Sequence record: PP763259.1
Reading direction: 5' to 3' (one strand)
Origin: Acinetobacter phage Ab15
DNA: 64,000 bases
The notes under the pieces are model-generated. The model did no database searches. It was not told the origin of the DNA and saw only the letters and a list, made by a program, of their open reading frames with translations. Made by a program: the position numbers and the translations under genes. Below are positions 38,745 through 48,150 of this stretch, one piece after another (position 1 is the first letter of the stretch; each line of letters begins with the position of its first letter).

Positions 38745-39419
38745 ATGGTTGCAAGACATTCAAGAACTAAGTTAAATATATCTAACATTGATACATCAAA
38801 TATGAAACCTTCGGAGAAAGTTCAACATATACTTGAGCTTAATCCAGAGGTTTTCCCTTCTAAGGCTTCTTATATTGACCTCTTAAGGAAGTGTATTCGT
38901 GCAGGTTGGGTAAAACACCCAGTTAAGCAAGCTTACAAAGAGTCAAAAAAGAAGAAGATCAAAAACCCAAACCCATATCACCAGAAAAGATTTGAGTATG
39001 TTTGGGGTTACACATGTGAAATTTGTGGTGAAGATTATGTCGAAAAGGATATCGAAGTAGACCACAAAGTAGGAAACATTAGATTTACCGAAATAGAGGA
39101 CTTTGAGAGTTATGCTCTTGCAATTTTACATATTGCACCAGAGGACTTGCAAATACTTTGTGCTTATCGGGACACTGATGTTAGATCAAGGAAGAAACAT
39201 TCTTGTCACCATATCAAAACACTAGCAGAAAAGAATGGAATATCTTTTGAAGAGGCTAAAGTTTTGAAAAAGGTTATTCAGGTGGAGAAGTCTGGTGAAG
39301 GTGCTGTTGTAAAGATGTTGACTAGTTTAGGTGTGTCTGCTAAGGATATTCCAAAAACAAAGTCAGGTAAAAATAAATTATTAAGGGAGGTTGCTCTAAG
39401 TCAAGTTAAGGCTAAGTAA
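38745..39419 (+). CDS. HNH endonuclease
   Basis: CEICGEDYVEKDIEVDHKVGN...H...CHHIKT (HNH Cys/His core). Start moved to ATG at 38745, downstream of the promoter and aagga RBS. Confidence 0.65.
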   Translation: MVARHSRTKLNISNIDTSNMKPSEKVQHILELNPEVFPSKASYIDLLRKCIRAGWVKHPVKQAYKESKKKKIKNPNPYHQKRFEYVWGYTCEICGEDYVEKDIEVDHKVGNIRFTEIEDFESYALAILHIAPEDLQILCAYRDTDVRSRKKHSCHHIKTLAEKNGISFEEAKVLKKVIQVEKSGEGAVVKMLTSLGVSAKDIPKTKSGKNKLLREVALSQVKAK

Positions 39420-39432
39420 CCTTGGAGGTAAA

Positions 39433-40404
39433 ATGTCAAAACAAAATTTAGAGTATAATCTCGAAATGGTTGAGCCTAGAGCTTGGCATGCTAAAGCTGT
39501 AGAAATGAGTCTGCAAGGTAAATCTTCAAGTGATATTGCTGAGGCTTTACTTGGCAGACGTACTCAAGGAAGTACGGTTCGAGATTTTCTTCGGAAGGTT
39601 AGTATCAGTAAGGCTGCTATTGAAGAGGTTGAGCCTGTAGAGATTCAGGAAAAGAACCCAACTATTTTAATCATTGCTGATACACAGTGTAAACCAGATG
39701 AGAGCCTTGAATATATGTTGTGGGTTGGGCACTATATTGCCGAGACAAAACCTGATGTTATTGTGCATATTGGTGACCATTTTGACTTCCCAAGTTTGTC
39801 GAGTTACGATAAAGGGAAAGCAAGTTCTGAGGGGCGTAGACTCTCTGATGACATTGAGGCTGGTTGTTTAGGGTTTGAGTATTTAAATTTACCTATGAAG
39901 AAGTACCCTGAATATAAACCACGTAAAATATTCTGTCTAGGTAACCATGAAGAGCGTCTTGATCGTTATGTGAATGATAACCCTGAGTTGGTTGGGACAC
40001 TAGGTACAGACAAGTTACCATTCAAGGAACATGGTTGGGAGGTTCACCCTTTCTTGAAACCTGTAGAGGTTAATGGGATTCACTTTGTACACTACTTGGC
40101 TAATCCATTTACAGGGAAACCTTATGGTGGTACTGCAAACAGCATCTTGAAAACAGTGGGTCGATCTTTTGTGGTTGGTCATAAACAGTGTTTAGATGTT
40201 GCTATCAGACCTGTTATTGATGGAACACAACAAATTGGTATTATCAATGGTGCTTGCTACTCATTTGATGAATCTTACAAGGGTTACCAAGGCAATAACC
40301 ACTTCAGAGGTATTACTGTTTTGACAGATGTTGAAAATGGTTTTGGTTGCCCATCATTTATATCGTTAGAACAAATGAGAAAAATATACTATTCAGAAAT
40401 TTAG
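39433..40404 (+). CDS. calcineurin-like metallophosphoesterase with N-terminal HTH-like segment
   Basis: Motifs IADTQ, GDHFDFP, GNHEERL, GHKQ (phosphoesterase signature D-x-H...GD...GNHE...H). N-terminus SSSDIAEALLGRRTQGSTVRDFLRK. Confidence 0.6.
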   Translation: MSKQNLEYNLEMVEPRAWHAKAVEMSLQGKSSSDIAEALLGRRTQGSTVRDFLRKVSISKAAIEEVEPVEIQEKNPTILIIADTQCKPDESLEYMLWVGHYIAETKPDVIVHIGDHFDFPSLSSYDKGKASSEGRRLSDDIEAGCLGFEYLNLPMKKYPEYKPRKIFCLGNHEERLDRYVNDNPELVGTLGTDKLPFKEHGWEVHPFLKPVEVNGIHFVHYLANPFTGKPYGGTANSILKTVGRSFVVGHKQCLDVAIRPVIDGTQQIGIINGACYSFDESYKGYQGNNHFRGITVLTDVENGFGCPSFISLEQMRKIYYSEI

Positions 40405-40413
40405 GAGGAGATT

Positions 40414-41328
40414 ATGGAAGATAAAGATTTAGGTGAAGTTAAAGAGGTTTTACAAGAAGTGAGCACACAAATTCAGAACGTATCAAATGATGCTCAGAGT
40501 GCTGCTATTGAGTTGGCTCATAGCGAGGTTGAACAGCTAGAGATTTCACCTGAAGAACAAGCTCGACAGGACCGTGTTGTAGCTTGTGTTCGTAAGATTG
40601 TACTATTGAATACAATCATGGGCAACAACCCTGTGTACGGTGTTCTACCAAGTGAGCATTTGAAAATTTTATCTGCTCAAGAAAAAGTATTCTTGGAAGA
40701 ACGTAATGAAGCCTTAGCTGCAATCCATTCTAAATACCTTATTGAAGTATTAGATGGTTTAGCTGATATGTTTGTTGTACAGACTGGCTACCAACATTTA
40801 AACGCACCAATTCCAGAAGAGTTAATTGCTGAAGGTCGTTTCTCAGAACAATTTGCAGGGCATGTCGGCTCAGCTTTAATGGGTCCAGAGATTGGTGCTC
40901 TATCAAATAGTGTATTTGCAGGTATGGCTGATGCATTCCATATTGCACGTATTGCCTCAGAACAGCTTTTTATTGATAAGATTGGGGTGAGCCAAGAACG
41001 ATACCTTGAGGGTTGTATTCGAGCGCTAGAGCTTGTCTGTGATAACAACTTAGCTAAAGCTACAAAAGACAAAGATGTGGCTGCACATTGGTACAAGAAA
41101 CTTGGTAAAAAGTTAGTCGAGAAAGAAGGATGGCATATCCGTGCAGTCGAAGTCAATGGTGAAACTTGGTACTCACTTTTTGATGGCAATGGTAAGTTCC
41201 GTAAACACAAAGACTTTGTTGGTGTAGATTTGCAACCTGTTTTAGATTATATGCTTGAGGGTATTGACAAAGAGTTAATTCCAGATCAAGATAATGCTAA
41301 GTTACTATTCGAACAAGCGAGAGGTTAG
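40414..41328 (+). CDS. hypothetical protein
   Basis: 304-aa ORF, RBS ggaggag. Confidence 0.4.
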   Translation: MEDKDLGEVKEVLQEVSTQIQNVSNDAQSAAIELAHSEVEQLEISPEEQARQDRVVACVRKIVLLNTIMGNNPVYGVLPSEHLKILSAQEKVFLEERNEALAAIHSKYLIEVLDGLADMFVVQTGYQHLNAPIPEELIAEGRFSEQFAGHVGSALMGPEIGALSNSVFAGMADAFHIARIASEQLFIDKIGVSQERYLEGCIRALELVCDNNLAKATKDKDVAAHWYKKLGKKLVEKEGWHIRAVEVNGETWYSLFDGNGKFRKHKDFVGVDLQPVLDYMLEGIDKELIPDQDNAKLLFEQARG

Positions 41329-41370
41329 TATTATGTGTCGAAGTGCTAAGTATTTTGAAGGGGGTGATGA

Positions 41371-42402
41371 TTGAGTTTAACAAAAGATTTTTTTGAAAGA
41401 GATACAAACATCACTGCTAAGGTTATTGCTGACAGCATTTCCCCTTCAGGAAATCGTATCACGACCTTTGAGATTGAATATCCACGATTTATTCTTGCTG
41501 AATTAAACACCCACAAGATGTTGGAAAAGAATTCTTCTAGTTCTCGTGCTATTCCCATCACTAAAATGATTGAGCAGATTCAAAACAATATGGCTCTACC
41601 TTTGTATTGGGGTTCTAAGCAAGCTGGTATGCAAGCTGGAGCAGAAATAACCAATGCTCAAGACTTTGGGCAAGGAGCTTATCAGTGGTGTGGTGCTGCC
41701 AAGGATGTTGAAGCAAGAGTATTGGTTCTTGATAAACAAGGTTACCATAAACAAGTTGTTAATCGTTTGCTTGAACCTTTTCAGATGATGAAGACTGTCA
41801 TCACTGGCACTGACTGGGATAACTTCTTTAACTTACGTATTCATCCAGATGCTCAACCTGAATTCTGTATGTTGGCTTACAAGATGTATATGGCTATGCA
41901 AGAGAGTACTCCTGTAAAATTAGTTGCTGGTCAATGGCATTTACCATTTGTTCACACTTTTATTAGTAAAGAGGGTGTTCAATATTATAGTGATGGTATT
42001 AATCCTCTGAGTGGTGGTAAACAACTTTCACTTGAAGAAGCTATTCGTGTATCTGCATCGTGTTGTGCTCAAACATCATACCGTAAGAGTGATGATTCAT
42101 TAGAGAAAGCTGATAAGATTTTCGACATGTTGATCAAGGCAGATGTGCTTCATGCTTCACCTTTTGGGCACTTAGCTACACCAATTGTATCTGTAAATGA
42201 CACTGTTAATGAAATCTATAAAAATCTGACAGACGATTTTACTTGGGAACTTGGTGTAACTCATATGAGACGTGGTGGTATATTGTGTTCAGGTAATTTA
42301 ACTGGTTGGATTTCATATCGACATCTTATTCCAAACAATACATGTTATGAATTTGATTTTGAAGAACGTATGAAGCTCTTCTCAGATGGAAGTGTTTCTT
42401 AA
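41371..42402 (+). CDS. ThyX-like (flavin-dependent thymidylate synthase fold) protein with degenerate RHR motif
   Basis: ...RITTFEIEYPRFILAELNTHKMLEKNSSSSRAIP... aligns to ThyX ...FTFhvkaPiFvarqwfRHRiasyNElSgRYs. ...TDWDNFFNLRIHPDAQPEF aligns to ThyX [21 protein letters not shown]. 343 aa, about 100 aa longer than canonical ThyX. Confidence 0.55.
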   Translation: MSLTKDFFERDTNITAKVIADSISPSGNRITTFEIEYPRFILAELNTHKMLEKNSSSSRAIPITKMIEQIQNNMALPLYWGSKQAGMQAGAEITNAQDFGQGAYQWCGAAKDVEARVLVLDKQGYHKQVVNRLLEPFQMMKTVITGTDWDNFFNLRIHPDAQPEFCMLAYKMYMAMQESTPVKLVAGQWHLPFVHTFISKEGVQYYSDGINPLSGGKQLSLEEAIRVSASCCAQTSYRKSDDSLEKADKIFDMLIKADVLHASPFGHLATPIVSVNDTVNEIYKNLTDDFTWELGVTHMRRGGILCSGNLTGWISYRHLIPNNTCYEFDFEERMKLFSDGSVS

Positions 42403-42412
42403 GGAGGTGTAC

Positions 42413-42802
42413 ATGGCTTATGTACGAGCAAGCCACAAGGATGTGGTAGAGTTACTTACACAGGGAAACTATGAAGTAACCAAGGAAAATATTTATAAAG
42501 CATTACATTTGGTTTTTGGTTTTGATAGAACTCGTAGGGGTGAGTTTGGAATTGAAGATTCTGAAACGGCTTTATCGGAGAGTGATATTGGCAAAAAGCG
42601 TTGGTTTAGTGTAGATGCATACCAACACAAAACCTTGGATGGTGAAGTTGTGGTTGGGTTAATGTATATTGGCTACGAACGTAAGGATGAGGATTGGATT
42701 CAAAATGGACGACCTTCAGAGGAAGTTAAAATGGAAATTCGAAATGATCCATCTTACAATGCTTTAATTGCTGGTTTGAGTCGAAGACGACCTGTTAGTT
42801 AA
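42413..42802 (+). CDS. hypothetical protein
   Basis: ORF 42386..42802. Likely start at ATG 42413 after ggaggtg RBS. Confidence 0.4.
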   Translation: MAYVRASHKDVVELLTQGNYEVTKENIYKALHLVFGFDRTRRGEFGIEDSETALSESDIGKKRWFSVDAYQHKTLDGEVVVGLMYIGYERKDEDWIQNGRPSEEVKMEIRNDPSYNALIAGLSRRRPVS

Positions 42803-42891
42803 CGATTAAAATTTGAAGTGTTTCTTTATAGAGGCAAACCTAAAGGCTCACCTCTGGTGGGCTTTATTTGTATGTGCAGAAGGAGTTTTAA

Positions 42892-43671
42892 ATGGGAAAA
42901 AATATTACCCGTAAAAGAGAGGATGGCCGTAACACCCGTAACCGTGACTACAGACAAGAAATTGGAGAAAGAGATTTATACATCAGTGAGAAGCACAAAC
43001 AACAACGTGAAGAGTATATTAAGCAAAACCCAATTGTTCCATTAAACCCTAAACAACGTAGATATATGGAACTCTTAGATGAGAAGAAGTGTATCATTGC
43101 TACAGGCTTTGCAGGTACATCTAAAACATATATCCCCACAGCTATCTTTGCAGATTTATACCGTACAGGAAAGCTTAAGAAAATTGTTTTAATTCGACCA
43201 GCCGTGTCTAATTCTAAGAGTTTAGGTTACTTTGCAGGGACTATCGAGCAAAAGAGTTCTGTTTGGTTGGCACCTGTTATTGATGTGCTATACAAACGTC
43301 TAGGTCGTCCAGCAGCCCTACAGGCTATCGCTAATGGTGACATTGAGTTTGTTCCTATGGAAACAGTTAAAGGTAGAAGCTTTGATGAAGACACAGCAGT
43401 TATTGTTACGGAAGCTGAAGATTGTACCAAAGAGGAAATCATGTCTCTACTAACCCGACAAAATGGTTGTAAGATGGTCATTGAAGGTGATGTTCGACAA
43501 AGTGCACTCCGAGAGGAAAGTGGTTTGAAGTTGGCTATTGATCTTTACTCTAAGCACAAATCCCTTCAGGAAACTATGGGGTTAATTAACTTTGATGATG
43601 TACAGGATATTGTTCGAAGCAAGGAATGCCGTGAGTGGATTAAAGTGTTTGTGAAAGAGAGGTTGATGTAA
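42892..43671 (+). CDS. phoH: PhoH-like ATPase
   Basis: Walker A ATGFAGTSKTY. Overall PhoH register (…IVLIRPAV…GDVRQ…). Confidence 0.7.
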   Translation: MGKNITRKREDGRNTRNRDYRQEIGERDLYISEKHKQQREEYIKQNPIVPLNPKQRRYMELLDEKKCIIATGFAGTSKTYIPTAIFADLYRTGKLKKIVLIRPAVSNSKSLGYFAGTIEQKSSVWLAPVIDVLYKRLGRPAALQAIANGDIEFVPMETVKGRSFDEDTAVIVTEAEDCTKEEIMSLLTRQNGCKMVIEGDVRQSALREESGLKLAIDLYSKHKSLQETMGLINFDDVQDIVRSKECREWIKVFVKERLM

Positions 43672-44057
43672 TGTCTGAGGATGTACATACACGTTCTTAT
43701 AGTGATGCAGTAGAGCACATGCATAAGTGTGAGAATGCTCTACTGGAGGCCATTAACAATGTATTTGAAGAGTACTCCAAGATGAATTACTTCTTGGATT
43801 CCTATTTGAATATGTCAGAGGCATTGAAACAAATTAAGAGTGATTTCAATGTCTTAATTGATAAGGTAAATAATTTTAACTTTTCTTTTGAAAAAGTGTT
43901 GACAAAGAATTTTTCTATTGGTAAAGTATGCTACATATTAAGGGCGAAAGCCAAAATAGATAAGACATCTGGTTTAACAAAGATTGACACTTTCAGTGTT
44001 TTTAAGATAAACTTGGATGGTTCTCAGTCGATAGTTTTAGCGGGAGATTGGTTATGA
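43671..44057 (+). CDS. hypothetical protein
   Basis: 128 aa, ATGTAATG coupling with phoH. Confidence 0.4.
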   Translation: MSEDVHTRSYSDAVEHMHKCENALLEAINNVFEEYSKMNYFLDSYLNMSEALKQIKSDFNVLIDKVNNFNFSFEKVLTKNFSIGKVCYILRAKAKIDKTSGLTKIDTFSVFKINLDGSQSIVLAGDWL

Positions 44058-44070
44058 AAAACTTTTAAAT

Positions 44071-44310
44071 TTGGAGATTTATGTGAACATTACGCAAGCA
44101 CAACTTGATCATTTAGGAACTTTGCATACATTAATGATTTCTTCTAAAGAATCTTATGATGAAGCAGTTAAGAAAATTGCTGAAGATAATGGTGTTGATG
44201 CATCAGTACTAAAATCCTTTGTAGGTAAGTATGAAGGTGATCGTGAAAAACTAAGCAAAGAGATTGATAAAAAACAACAGTTTATTGATCTTGCTGAAAA
44301 ATTTAATTAG
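44071..44310 (+). CDS. hypothetical protein
   Basis: 79 aa. Confidence 0.35.
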   Translation: MEIYVNITQAQLDHLGTLHTLMISSKESYDEAVKKIAEDNGVDASVLKSFVGKYEGDREKLSKEIDKKQQFIDLAEKFN

Positions 44311-44320
44311 GAGAATTAAT

Positions 44321-44746
44321 TTGGAAAATGTAGAAGATATGTTAAAAGCCCTTAAAGAAATCGTTGAAACACGAGTTAAGATGGCTGAACTTGCTGAAAT
44401 CATGGAGCGTAAAACACCTTTAGAAGTTGCTCGTGCTTGGTACAGTACTCAAAAAGGTAATTACATGATTACCAAACAGTCTTATGAAGACGATGAAGAA
44501 GTTGATGAAGTTAAATTAAAACTCGTTGGTTTCGTTGAAGATGGTGACAATTACAAGTTTGAATTTGAAACAGTACTTGGTGATACAATTCAACTTGGCG
44601 GTAATCTTCATAGTGACTACGTGCTTGTTGCAGAAGCGGTTGAAGTTTCAGCACTTGATCAAATGAATGCAATTATTGCCATTCTTGAACCTGACAATCA
44701 AGTTGTAGAAATTGAAAAATCCACAATTGGTCACTTGTTAAATTAA
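44321..44746 (+). CDS. hypothetical acidic protein
   Basis: ORF 44264..44746. In-frame TTG at 44321, 7 nt after aggag RBS, avoids overlap with upstream gene. Confidence 0.35.
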   Translation: MENVEDMLKALKEIVETRVKMAELAEIMERKTPLEVARAWYSTQKGNYMITKQSYEDDEEVDEVKLKLVGFVEDGDNYKFEFETVLGDTIQLGGNLHSDYVLVAEAVEVSALDQMNAIIAILEPDNQVVEIEKSTIGHLLN

Positions 44747-44826
44747 TTTTTAGCATAAACATAAAATATTAATTAAGGTTGTGCACGAGGTGTGCACTTC
44801 CGATAGAAATTTAGGAGAAAATATTT

Positions 44827-45399
44827 ATGACACGTTTAAATACTCAATATGTTGAAACTGAAAACACTGGTAAGTTAAAAGTTGGTGATGTTGTTGAAAT
44901 CTTAAATACAGAAGAATTCCATGATGGTGCAAAAGTTGGTGATCGTGCTGTTGTTCTACAAATTCGAACTATGCCAATCATGGGATTACGATTCGCTGTA
45001 TTAGGTTATGAAGTGGAAGGTTTTGACCACCTTGTATTCCGAAACATTGATTTTGAAGACTTTGAAGATGAAGTTAAATTCTTAGGTCGTCAAACAGATG
45101 CACATGAATTCCAAACCAAATACCTTGAAAAGTTAGGTGCTACAAACATCCGTGTTCTTGATCTTGCAGGTTTTGCCGAAGATTATGTAGAGCAAAATGC
45201 TGTTTACCCTCTAGTTGGTGCTGCATTGAAACCTACAATCAAGTGGGTTGAAAGCGAAGATAAAGGTCTTGTTGATGCTGTAACTGGTTGGGAAGCTGAT
45301 ACTGATGAAGATGGTGATGTTCTTGTGTTCCAACTTGAAGATGGTAACATCCAGTACACTCAGTTAGATGGAGGTGTTGAGTTAGCTTTAGCTAGTTAA
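44827..45399 (+). CDS. protein with N-terminal KVGD-repeat small-barrel domain (same family as the 56-64 kb array) plus acidic C-terminal domain
   Basis: N-terminus KLKVGDVVEILNTEEFHDGAKVGDRAVVLQI shares the double KVGD motif. Confidence 0.45.
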   Translation: MTRLNTQYVETENTGKLKVGDVVEILNTEEFHDGAKVGDRAVVLQIRTMPIMGLRFAVLGYEVEGFDHLVFRNIDFEDFEDEVKFLGRQTDAHEFQTKYLEKLGATNIRVLDLAGFAEDYVEQNAVYPLVGAALKPTIKWVESEDKGLVDAVTGWEADTDEDGDVLVFQLEDGNIQYTQLDGGVELALAS

Positions 45400-45426
45400 T
45401 TCAATTAAATAACTGATTAAAGAATG

Positions 45427-45451
45427 CCCCAACATTGTTTGGGGTTTTCTT
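45427..45451 (+). terminator. rho-independent terminator (ccccaa cattgt ttgggg ttttctt)
   Basis: 6-bp GC-rich stem + T tract, 28 nt after stop of 44827..45399. Confidence 0.65.
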
Positions 45452-45477
45452 GTAGTTTAACTTGACAGGAGGTCATT

Positions 45478-45882
45478 ATGGAAGTACGTGTAAAAAGCTC
45501 TTTGGCGCCTAGCTTTGGTGTTAAAGATACCAGTGGGTCTGTGGGTTGTGAAGCTCCAGTAGCAATAGGCAATGGTTTAAGTGGGGGTACAATTAAATCT
45601 GATGGGGGTTCCTCAACATATTACGACATTGCATTGCCTGATGGATTACTCGATGAGCTAATTCGAAGAAAGCAAGATGAAGGACAATCTTATATTAAAA
45701 CTGAAGAGATCATCGAACTAGGTCTTGGAAATGATTTTGATGCTGGAAATATCTTCAAGTGTTTAATTCGAATGCAATCCTTAAAGAATGGTAAAGGTAA
45801 GGCTGGAAATGACTTAGAGTATGATGCTAACAAAGTTGTTTATTCTGCCAAAAAAATAGCAAAACGCTATTCTAAAAAATGA
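45478..45882 (+). CDS. hypothetical Gly/Ser-rich protein
   Basis: 134 aa, RBS caggaggt. Confidence 0.4.
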   Translation: MEVRVKSSLAPSFGVKDTSGSVGCEAPVAIGNGLSGGTIKSDGGSSTYYDIALPDGLLDELIRRKQDEGQSYIKTEEIIELGLGNDFDAGNIFKCLIRMQSLKNGKGKAGNDLEYDANKVVYSAKKIAKRYSKK

Positions 45883-46232
45883 TTTCACATGTTATTATCT
45901 CTCAAAAGATAACCTTTGAGAGATTTTTTATGACTATGCGAAAAGAAGATGGTGGGATTGACTACCTACTTGCCTCTTTGTTTTTATTATTGGGGTTTGT
46001 TTTAGGTGCTCTATTTCTTGCCTACCAAAACACTCAGTTTATGAAGAATGAGATGTATACAGATTGTGCTAAGGTAGGATTTTATGAGATCTATCCAGAT
46101 AAGGGTAAAGGTGTATACTGTACCATAGCAAAGTACGAGAAAGAGCACACTGAATACACTACTTACAAGGTTTTTAAAGATGATGGTGAGTTGTTTGCTA
46201 CCCTTCGTGAAGATTTAGGAGAGAAGAAATGA
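45879..46232 (+). CDS. hypothetical membrane protein
   Basis: 117 aa with one TM helix (LLASLFLLLGFVLGALFLAY). Confidence 0.4.
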   Translation: MISHVIISQKITFERFFMTMRKEDGGIDYLLASLFLLLGFVLGALFLAYQNTQFMKNEMYTDCAKVGFYEIYPDKGKGVYCTIAKYEKEHTEYTTYKVFKDDGELFATLREDLGEKK

Positions 46233-46711
46233 AAGTTTATCACAGCAGTAAAGATCACACTTGGGAAACACCTCAAGAATTATTTGACAAGTTGAATAAT
46301 GTGTTTAACTTTAAAACGGATGTGTGTGCATTACCTGAAACAGCTAAGTGTAATGAATACTTCACACCCGAAGTGGATGGGTTAAAACAAGATTGGGTTG
46401 ATGTTTGCTGGTGTAATCCTCCTTATGGTAGGATGCAAAAAGACTGGATTAAAAAGGCTCGTGATGAAGCCTTGAAAAACGATGCAACCGTTGTGATGTT
46501 GATTCCAGCTAAACCAGATACAAAGATTTGGCACGATGTAATCTTTAAGGATTATTCAGCAGTTTGTTTTATTAAGGGAAGATTGCGTTTTGGTAGTGCT
46601 AAAGAAAATGCACCTTTTCCATCTGCTATTGTTGTTTTTGGAAATGTTACTAGCAAGCAAATAGAAACATTAAGCAGTTTTGGTTACACAATAATTAAGG
46701 AGAAACATTAA
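46229..46711 (+). CDS. small DNA N6-adenine methyltransferase (phage Dam family, NPPY motif)
   Basis: WCNPPYG catalytic motif IV. 160 aa is typical of the minimal phage Dam (PF05869-type) enzymes. Confidence 0.55.
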   Translation: MKVYHSSKDHTWETPQELFDKLNNVFNFKTDVCALPETAKCNEYFTPEVDGLKQDWVDVCWCNPPYGRMQKDWIKKARDEALKNDATVVMLIPAKPDTKIWHDVIFKDYSAVCFIKGRLRFGSAKENAPFPSAIVVFGNVTSKQIETLSSFGYTIIKEKH

Positions 46712-47226
46712 TGCACATTCAGAAAGGTAAACTTCGCTTTAATAAGCGAGAGTTGTGGAACTTAGATAAACACCTTGCTAAAGTTATTGTTCAGGGGTTA
46801 CAACAGTTCAAGAGTGTCCACAAGAACACCATCCCACCACACTTAGTCACTGAGGATATTAACCCTGAAACTGGTAGAGAGGTTTATTGGGATTATTCGA
46901 GTGAGTATTGTGATGAACAATGGCAAGAGTTATTAGATAAGATGATCTTTGCGTTTACAGAGCATCCCACATACTTTGATATTGAACCTTATGATTTCCA
47001 CTATGATGATTTAACACACCCTGAAAAGTTTCCTGAGCAAGTGTGGGAAGAGCATCCTGTTTATGGTAAGATAACAGAGTGGAGACAGGTGCTAAAAGAA
47101 GGTGTTACACAAGAAGATGTAGATGCTTGGTGGGAACGTAGTCGAGCTTACGATGCTGAGATTAAACGCAAAGTGGATGAAGGGCGAGAGTTATTCATTA
47201 AACATTTTGATAGCTTGTGGGACTGA
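46711..47226 (+). CDS. hypothetical protein
   Basis: 171 aa, ATG overlapping upstream stop. Confidence 0.4.
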   Translation: MHIQKGKLRFNKRELWNLDKHLAKVIVQGLQQFKSVHKNTIPPHLVTEDINPETGREVYWDYSSEYCDEQWQELLDKMIFAFTEHPTYFDIEPYDFHYDDLTHPEKFPEQVWEEHPVYGKITEWRQVLKEGVTQEDVDAWWERSRAYDAEIKRKVDEGRELFIKHFDSLWD

Positions 47227-47256
47227 GATATACAACACTATTGAGGAGGGTCAAGA

Positions 47257-47460
47257 ATGAATTTTGGTTGGTATGAAATTATGGATCGTATTTCTGTTAT
47301 TCAGAATGCGTTAGAAGATAATGTAAGAAATCATCAAGAAGTTGATGAAAAGTTACAAGAGTTAGTTGATTCTGCACAAGAGATGTTATGTAAAGCATAT
47401 CAACATGCTGCGAGTCAATGGGATGAGAGTTGTAGAGATTTTGAGGATGGGTGTAAATGA
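47257..47460 (+). CDS. hypothetical small acidic protein
   Basis: 67 aa. Confidence 0.3.
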   Translation: MNFGWYEIMDRISVIQNALEDNVRNHQEVDEKLQELVDSAQEMLCKAYQHAASQWDESCRDFEDGCK

Positions 47461-47762
47461 GTAAGAAAATTCCATGTGAAGAAATTCAGAGGTTAAAACG
47501 AGCTAACTTTTGGTTGTGTAGAGATAGAGTTAAAGTTAAGAATCTTATGAGAGAGAAACTTGCTCGTGTTGTTGAGTTAAACAAGTCAATGCAACAGATG
47601 GCTTATAGTTCTCTTAAAGAATGTACAAAACAAAGAAACAAACTTATTGATGAACACTCTTTGCTGATTGATTTGTATGTGAGGATTAACCAAGATATTT
47701 ATGACAATGGTGTTAAGATTATGAAGCTCAGAAATGGTCTAAACAAGGACGTGTCTAAATAA
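47457..47762 (+). CDS. hypothetical protein
   Basis: 101 aa. Confidence 0.35.
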   Translation: MSKKIPCEEIQRLKRANFWLCRDRVKVKNLMREKLARVVELNKSMQQMAYSSLKECTKQRNKLIDEHSLLIDLYVRINQDIYDNGVKIMKLRNGLNKDVSK

Positions 47763-47782
47763 CTCTTGATTGTATTCACACT

Positions 47783-48112
47783 TTGGTTAGCACTCTGTTT
47801 AAATTTTTATCTGGAGAAATGTATATGAGTAGTCATTGGTACGAGGCGGTTATTAATGAATTTGGCACAGCAGAGAACTTTATTGAGGAGGTTTGTAAGA
47901 AACAAGGTGTTGCAGATGAAGATATTAATCATCAAGTTAGTCAGCGACAACCTAAAAACACTTGTTTAACTGTGGATGAGCTTATTGCTAAACTTGAGGA
48001 AATTAGAGAAAAACAGGGTGGTGGTGCTTTAGTTTGCTTTCAGGATTCTAGTGGATATGACGCGGATTGTGTTGGTGTAACTGTTGATAACGATACTGTC
48101 GTAATTTTTTAA
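47783..48112 (+). CDS. hypothetical protein
   Basis: 109 aa. Confidence 0.35.
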   Translation: MVSTLFKFLSGEMYMSSHWYEAVINEFGTAENFIEEVCKKQGVADEDINHQVSQRQPKNTCLTVDELIAKLEEIREKQGGGALVCFQDSSGYDADCVGVTVDNDTVVIF

Positions 48113-48150
48113 CTTTTAAATAGGAGAAATAAATGAGTAAGGGGATTTAA

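Noticed and set aside
45462-45467. TTGACA match immediately before 45478 gene
   Set aside because: Only 10 nt from the start codon, overlapping the ggaggt RBS. It cannot be a functional -35 for this gene and is probably chance or part of the terminator region
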